This document shows positions 4,983 to 8,785 of a stretch of 8,785 nt of DNA, piece after piece. The stretch covers positions 1 to 8,785 of the IMG/VR virus record IMGVR_UViG_2778261571_000014; one strand, given 5' to 3'. Within the stretch, counting starts at the first letter, position 1. Each line of letters starts with the position of its first letter. The notes under the pieces are model-generated. The model made no database searches and had not been told where the DNA came from. It saw only the letters and a list, made by a program, of their open reading frames with translations. This DNA is from a virus. Lineage: Duplodnaviria; Heunggongvirae; Uroviricota; Caudoviricetes. The translations under genes were made by a program, and so were the position numbers.

Positions 4983-6896
4983 ATGACAGATTCAATAAAT
5001 GCCAATGTTGTAGTAAGCATGCCTTCTCAACTCTTCACTATGGCTCGTTCTTTTAAAGCCGTAGCCAATGGCAAAATTTATATCGGTAAAATTGACACGG
5101 ACCCGGTAAATCCTGAAAACCAGATTCAGGTTTATGTGGAGAACGAAGATGGTTCTCACGTTCCTGTTTCGCAACCAATCATCATTAACGCTGCTGGATA
5201 TCCGGTATATAACGGACAGATTGCTAAGTTCGTAACTGTGCAAGGCCATTCTATGGCTGTTTATGATGCGTATGGTGCACAGCAGTTCAATTTTCCAAAC
5301 GTGCTGAAGTATGATCCTGATCAGTTTCGTCAGGAACTGGCAGGTAATAGTGGTGCGTCACAGATTGGTTCCTCATCAGGAAATACTGTTCAACAAGAAA
5401 TAGATCGTCTAAATAAATTTGGTTATGCTTATGGTGTTAGATTAAGCGCGTATATGCATGAAAGCGACCCCTTAACAAGCGCCCTGACTGCATCACGGGA
5501 AAAAAGACTACCACTTGTCATTGATTGTGATGCGACATATAAAACTTTAGTGGTTTACAGTAATGACAGAATAATTGGCTGCGGTGATCATACATTAACA
5601 AAATCCGGTAATGATAAGCCATCCATTCCACCGGCACAACAACCAGAACGCCCTTCTGGTTCGATGACTAATTTTAGTGAAATTGATGCAGGTATCGTTA
5701 TTGTTCACCCTGACAATGGGTCGGCAACCAATATTATTATTTCAGGGTTTAACCTCGCGACTAACTCACATTGCGACTATGCGATACATTGCTCTTTCAT
5801 GTCTTTTACAAAAATAGAAGATATGAAGTTCAACGGGTACAAGCGTGGGATTAAATGGTACACCGCCTATGGAAATCAGCTATCCAGAATATTTTCACTT
5901 TACTACTATTCTGTCACTGATGTTTTTTCAGACTATATTTGCTACGATTTTTCTGACGGTAACTACCCATCAGGCACATCAAATACCCTAACAAACGTAA
6001 CATGCACCAACTATAAGAAATGCTATTACGTAGCAAATCTAAACTACTCTACATTTACCAATTGTGGTGGTGAAGGAGTAGAGTCACCAACACCAGTATC
6101 CACAGGAAACATCCCACAGACCTTCGAGTTTGTCAATTGCCCTAATATTGTCCTGAATACACCATATACTGAGAATTTAAGGGGTGGATTTATAAGGGCA
6201 GTTAGTGATGCATCCGGGGTGTATCAAGGTGCCGCAACTATGGTCATCAATGGGCCAGAGGCGGTCGTGGGTATCACAGGCACCACTACCAATGTTGGCG
6301 CTAAGCTTCTGGACATTCAGGGAGGAGTTAACTGTGTGATAAACGGTGGATACATGACAGGTGCTGCAAGTGGGTATTTCCTTGAGTTTGGTGGGGCATC
6401 GGATGACGCAACCCTTACGATAATAGGGATGGAAATGCGCAACGTATTAGAACAAATACGAAACCATCCTGGATATAACGGAATTAACTCTATAAAAGGG
6501 TTAAGGCCTATGCAGTTACTTCGTAAAGGGATTGGAGATGCGACCGGGACCGGGATAGTAAACTGGAAAACAGCTGCCGAAGACCAGTATTTTATGGGCG
6601 GGGGAAATTTCACTAAAACAATACTTGGTGGATTTTATAAGATAGAAATTACGTTACCCATAGGATCTTCCGCATCAGGCGGAGAAGTTCAACTCTTGCT
6701 GTCAGATACGGATACAGACAATGGAGTTATAATTTCACAATGCTATGTTCCTCCAGTGTCAAGCGGTAAGTTTACTGCCTCCATAAGCTACGAGGGTAGA
6801 TTGCCAGGTGGAAAGTTTCTTTATGTAAAAACTAATAATGCCAATTGGTCATCTGGATACGATCCAGACTCAATATTTAATGTTGTTCTGAAATAA
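4983..6896 (+). CDS. Tailspike protein (P22 gp9-like N-terminal head-binding domain; divergent C-terminal receptor-binding domain), 637 aa
   Basis: ATG 4983 preceded by GGAG with 8-nt spacing; stop TAA 6894-6896. The first ~113 aa ([12 protein letters not shown]…[21 protein letters not shown]…ENEDGSHV…[12 protein letters not shown]…VLKYDPDQ) closely match the P22 tailspike N-terminus as recalled. The rest is Gly/Thr/Asn/Ser-rich, consistent with a beta-rich receptor-binding domain, and is not recognisably P22-like. Confidence 0.9.
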   Translation: MTDSINANVVVSMPSQLFTMARSFKAVANGKIYIGKIDTDPVNPENQIQVYVENEDGSHVPVSQPIIINAAGYPVYNGQIAKFVTVQGHSMAVYDAYGAQQFNFPNVLKYDPDQFRQELAGNSGASQIGSSSGNTVQQEIDRLNKFGYAYGVRLSAYMHESDPLTSALTASREKRLPLVIDCDATYKTLVVYSNDRIIGCGDHTLTKSGNDKPSIPPAQQPERPSGSMTNFSEIDAGIVIVHPDNGSATNIIISGFNLATNSHCDYAIHCSFMSFTKIEDMKFNGYKRGIKWYTAYGNQLSRIFSLYYYSVTDVFSDYICYDFSDGNYPSGTSNTLTNVTCTNYKKCYYVANLNYSTFTNCGGEGVESPTPVSTGNIPQTFEFVNCPNIVLNTPYTENLRGGFIRAVSDASGVYQGAATMVINGPEAVVGITGTTTNVGAKLLDIQGGVNCVINGGYMTGAASGYFLEFGGASDDATLTIIGMEMRNVLEQIRNHPGYNGINSIKGLRPMQLLRKGIGDATGTGIVNWKTAAEDQYFMGGGNFTKTILGGFYKIEITLPIGSSASGGEVQLLLSDTDTDNGVIISQCYVPPVSSGKFTASISYEGRLPGGKFLYVKTNNANWSSGYDPDSIFNVVLK

Positions 6897-7284
6897 CAAT
6901 ATTTATAATGATGCACGCAAAGCTTTGTACTGGATTGCAAGGCTTTGCGCTATACGATAGTGGCTAAGGTGGGTCACTCTACCTTCTCATCAATCCAGTC
7001 CGCCCACCATTGCATCATTTCTCTGCGCTTAACGTAGCGGATGCCTCACTATCACACGGTGATGGTTCATTACTGGTTTGCAGAATGGATAGAGAACTGA
7101 GGATAAAAGATATCCCAAAACCCCAAAATCTCATCTTTAGGATTTGCAGAAAGGTAGGCGTGAACAGATACCTACGCATGAAGACGGGACTAGCTCAGAT
7201 GTGATATTTGTGGTGATCACATACATCATCAACGATGCTCGTTATGGTGAGTTTGATGACTACCCGCTGAAGTGAAAATTGTGT

Positions 7285-7308
7285 TGTGTACCAAATTGCG
7301 TACCAAAC
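7285..7308. repeat. Tandem 12-bp direct repeat (TGTGTACCAAAT / TGCGTACCAAAC) in the prophage-host junction region
   Basis: Two adjacent 12-mers identical at 10 of 12 positions; the core GTACCAAA occurs at 7288-7295 and 7300-7307. Function unknown; could be a protein-binding site or an att-proximal arm-type site. Confidence 0.3.
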
Positions 7309-7618
7309 TAAAATCACAAATCATGAAACCCTTGTTCATGGCGGTTCTCAGGGGTGTTTCGCGTAATCGTGAAACAAAAAGGTAGATTGTTGCTTACCGT
7401 CATTCATCATTAGGTTAAATCCGTTATTTCTGCTGTCTGCCAGAGTATCAAATATCACCGTGCTAATCAGCTTTAGCGCCACAATTTGGCAGCGAGTGGC
7501 AACAGATCATGTCAGATAAAAATGAGAGGGTAGTCACATTTTCTTGCACTTTATTCCAGCCAGTTCATAAGTATTTCCGTAAAAAGAACAGCTATTTGAA
7601 ACTCCTGAGGGTTTGCTG

Positions 7619-8785
7619 TTGAAACGCCGTCTTATTATTGCTGCTTCTTTGTTCGTTTTTAACTTATCGTCTGGTTTTGCGGCGGAAAACATTCCTTTTT
7701 CACCTCAGCCTCCAGAGATTCATGCCGGGTCCTGGGTATTGATGGATTACACCACCAGTCAGATCCTCACCGCGGTTAATGAGCATCAACAGCGCAATCC
7801 CGCCAGCCTGACAAAGCTGATGACGGGTTATGTCGTGGATCGCGCTATCGATAGTCATCGCATTACGCCAGACGATATTGTCACCGTGGGGCGCGATGCG
7901 TGGGCGAAAGATAATCCGGTGTTTGTCGGTTCTTCACTGATGTTTTTGAAAGAGGGCGATCGCGTATCGGTACGTGATTTAAGCCGTGGTTTAATTGTGG
8001 ATTCCGGAAATGACGCTTGTGTTGCTCTGGCTGACTATATTGCCGGTGGGCAACGGCAGTTTGTTGAAATGATGAACAACTATGCCGAGAAGCTGCATCT
8101 CAAGGATACGCATTTTGAAACAGTGCATGGTCTGGATGCACCTGGCCAGCATAGCTCGGCTTATGATTTAGCTGTGCTTTCTCGCGCTATCATCCACGGC
8201 GAGCCCGAGTTTTATCATATGTACAGTGAGAAAAGTCTCACCTGGAACGGTATCACCCAGCAAAACCGTAACGGGTTGTTGTGGGATAAAACCATGAATG
8301 TTGACGGCCTGAAAACGGGTCATACTTCTGGTGCCGGGTTTAATCTCATTGCTTCGGCTGTAGATGGGCAGCGTCGTCTCATTGCAGTGGTAATGGGGGC
8401 TGACAGTGCAAAAGGTCGTGAGGAAGAGGCAAGAAAATTACTGCGTTGGGGGCAACAAAACTTTACTACGGTGCAAATTTTGCACCGTGGGAAAAAGGTC
8501 GGAACGGAACGCATCTGGTATGGCGATAAAGAAAATATCGACCTGGGAACGGAACAAGAGTTCTGGATGGTGCTACCGAAAGCCGAAATTCCACATATCA
8601 AAGCCAAATATACCCTTGATGGTAAAGAGCTCACCGCGCCAATTAGCGCCCATCAGCGGGTAGGGGAAATTGAACTTTACGACCGTGATAAACAGGTGGC
8701 GCACTGGCCGCTGGTTACCCTGGAATCTGTCGGGGAAGGCGGCATGTTTTCCCGCCTGAGTGATTATTTCCACCATAAGGCCTGA
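7619..8785 (+). CDS. dacD: D-alanyl-D-alanine carboxypeptidase DacD (penicillin-binding protein 6b), host gene
   Basis: The translation carries the three class-A PBP active-site motifs: SxxK (NPASLTKLMT), SGN (VDSGNDA) and KTG (GLKTGHT), behind a signal-peptide-like N-terminus (RRLIIAASLFVFNLSSGFA). It matches E. coli DacD as I recall it. Preferred start is TTG 7619, with GAGG (7607-7610) 8 nt upstream, giving the 388-aa MKRRLII… protein; the track's TTG 7613 has only 2-nt spacing. Stop TGA 8783-8785. Confidence 0.9.
   Translation: MKRRLIIAASLFVFNLSSGFAAENIPFSPQPPEIHAGSWVLMDYTTSQILTAVNEHQQRNPASLTKLMTGYVVDRAIDSHRITPDDIVTVGRDAWAKDNPVFVGSSLMFLKEGDRVSVRDLSRGLIVDSGNDACVALADYIAGGQRQFVEMMNNYAEKLHLKDTHFETVHGLDAPGQHSSAYDLAVLSRAIIHGEPEFYHMYSEKSLTWNGITQQNRNGLLWDKTMNVDGLKTGHTSGAGFNLIASAVDGQRRLIAVVMGADSAKGREEEARKLLRWGQQNFTTVQILHRGKKVGTERIWYGDKENIDLGTEQEFWMVLPKAEIPHIKAKYTLDGKELTAPISAHQRVGEIELYDRDKQVAHWPLVTLESVGEGGMFSRLSDYFHHKA

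Larger units (their letters stand above)
1..6896. mobile_element. P22-like prophage, right arm (partial; continues upstream of the window; true right boundary lies somewhere in 6897-7618)
   Basis: Gene order ejection protein - accessory/sie block - mnt/arc/ant-like immI - tailspike matches the right end of P22-like genomes. The tailspike N-terminus closely matches the P22 gp9 head-binding domain as recalled. The region is visibly AT-richer than the flanking dacD. Confidence 0.75.

Noticed and set aside
4992-6613. Minus-strand ORFs 4992..5249 and 6317..6613 inside the tailspike gene
   Set aside because: Antisense to a 637-aa gene with a recognisable N-terminal domain.
7010-7204. 64-aa + strand ORF in the junction region
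   Set aside because: No RBS and no recognisable domain; more likely noncoding junction or regulatory DNA.
7195-7230. Possible tRNA fragment (GGGACTAGCTCAGATG resembles a tRNA D-arm)
   Set aside because: No acceptor stem, anticodon arm or T-arm (GTTCRANYC) could be built around it; too short and degenerate to call.
7613-7618. dacD start at TTG 7613 as given by the track
   Set aside because: The Shine-Dalgarno GAGG is only 2 nt upstream; TTG 7619 has proper spacing and gives the expected N-terminus.
8320-8776. Three ORFs (8320..8634 -, 8406..8663 +, 8573..8776 -) overlapping dacD
   Set aside because: Alternative-frame or antisense ORFs inside a gene whose frame carries all three PBP active-site motifs.
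1-8785. CRISPR arrays, IS elements, rRNA or tRNA genes
   Set aside because: No regularly spaced direct repeats, no terminal inverted repeats flanking a transposase-like ORF, and no tRNA- or rRNA-like sequence found on reading both strands.

Overview
This window looks like the right arm of a P22-like (podovirus, Lederbergvirus-type) prophage abutting the host gene dacD, most likely in Escherichia/Shigella. All protein identifications are from reading the translations and from recalled family features; no database search was run. Left to right: the 3' part of a DNA-ejection protein gene (open to the window edge); an AT-rich accessory block with three small genes (a membrane/coiled-coil protein, an HExxH-motif protein, a 59-aa Gly/Lys-rich protein); an immI-like antirepressor control region containing three ribbon-helix-helix (Arc/Mnt-family) genes, one of which (57 aa) is missing from the ORF track, plus two antirepressor-like genes; a 637-aa tailspike with a P22 gp9-like N-terminal head-binding domain and an unrelated C-terminal domain; roughly 720 bp with no convincing gene; then dacD (PBP6b). 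The two most interesting items are the accessory block at the sieA position and the unusual immI layout with two Mnt-type repressors. No CRISPR array, tRNA, rRNA or IS element was seen. Most overlapping track ORFs are antisense artefacts.
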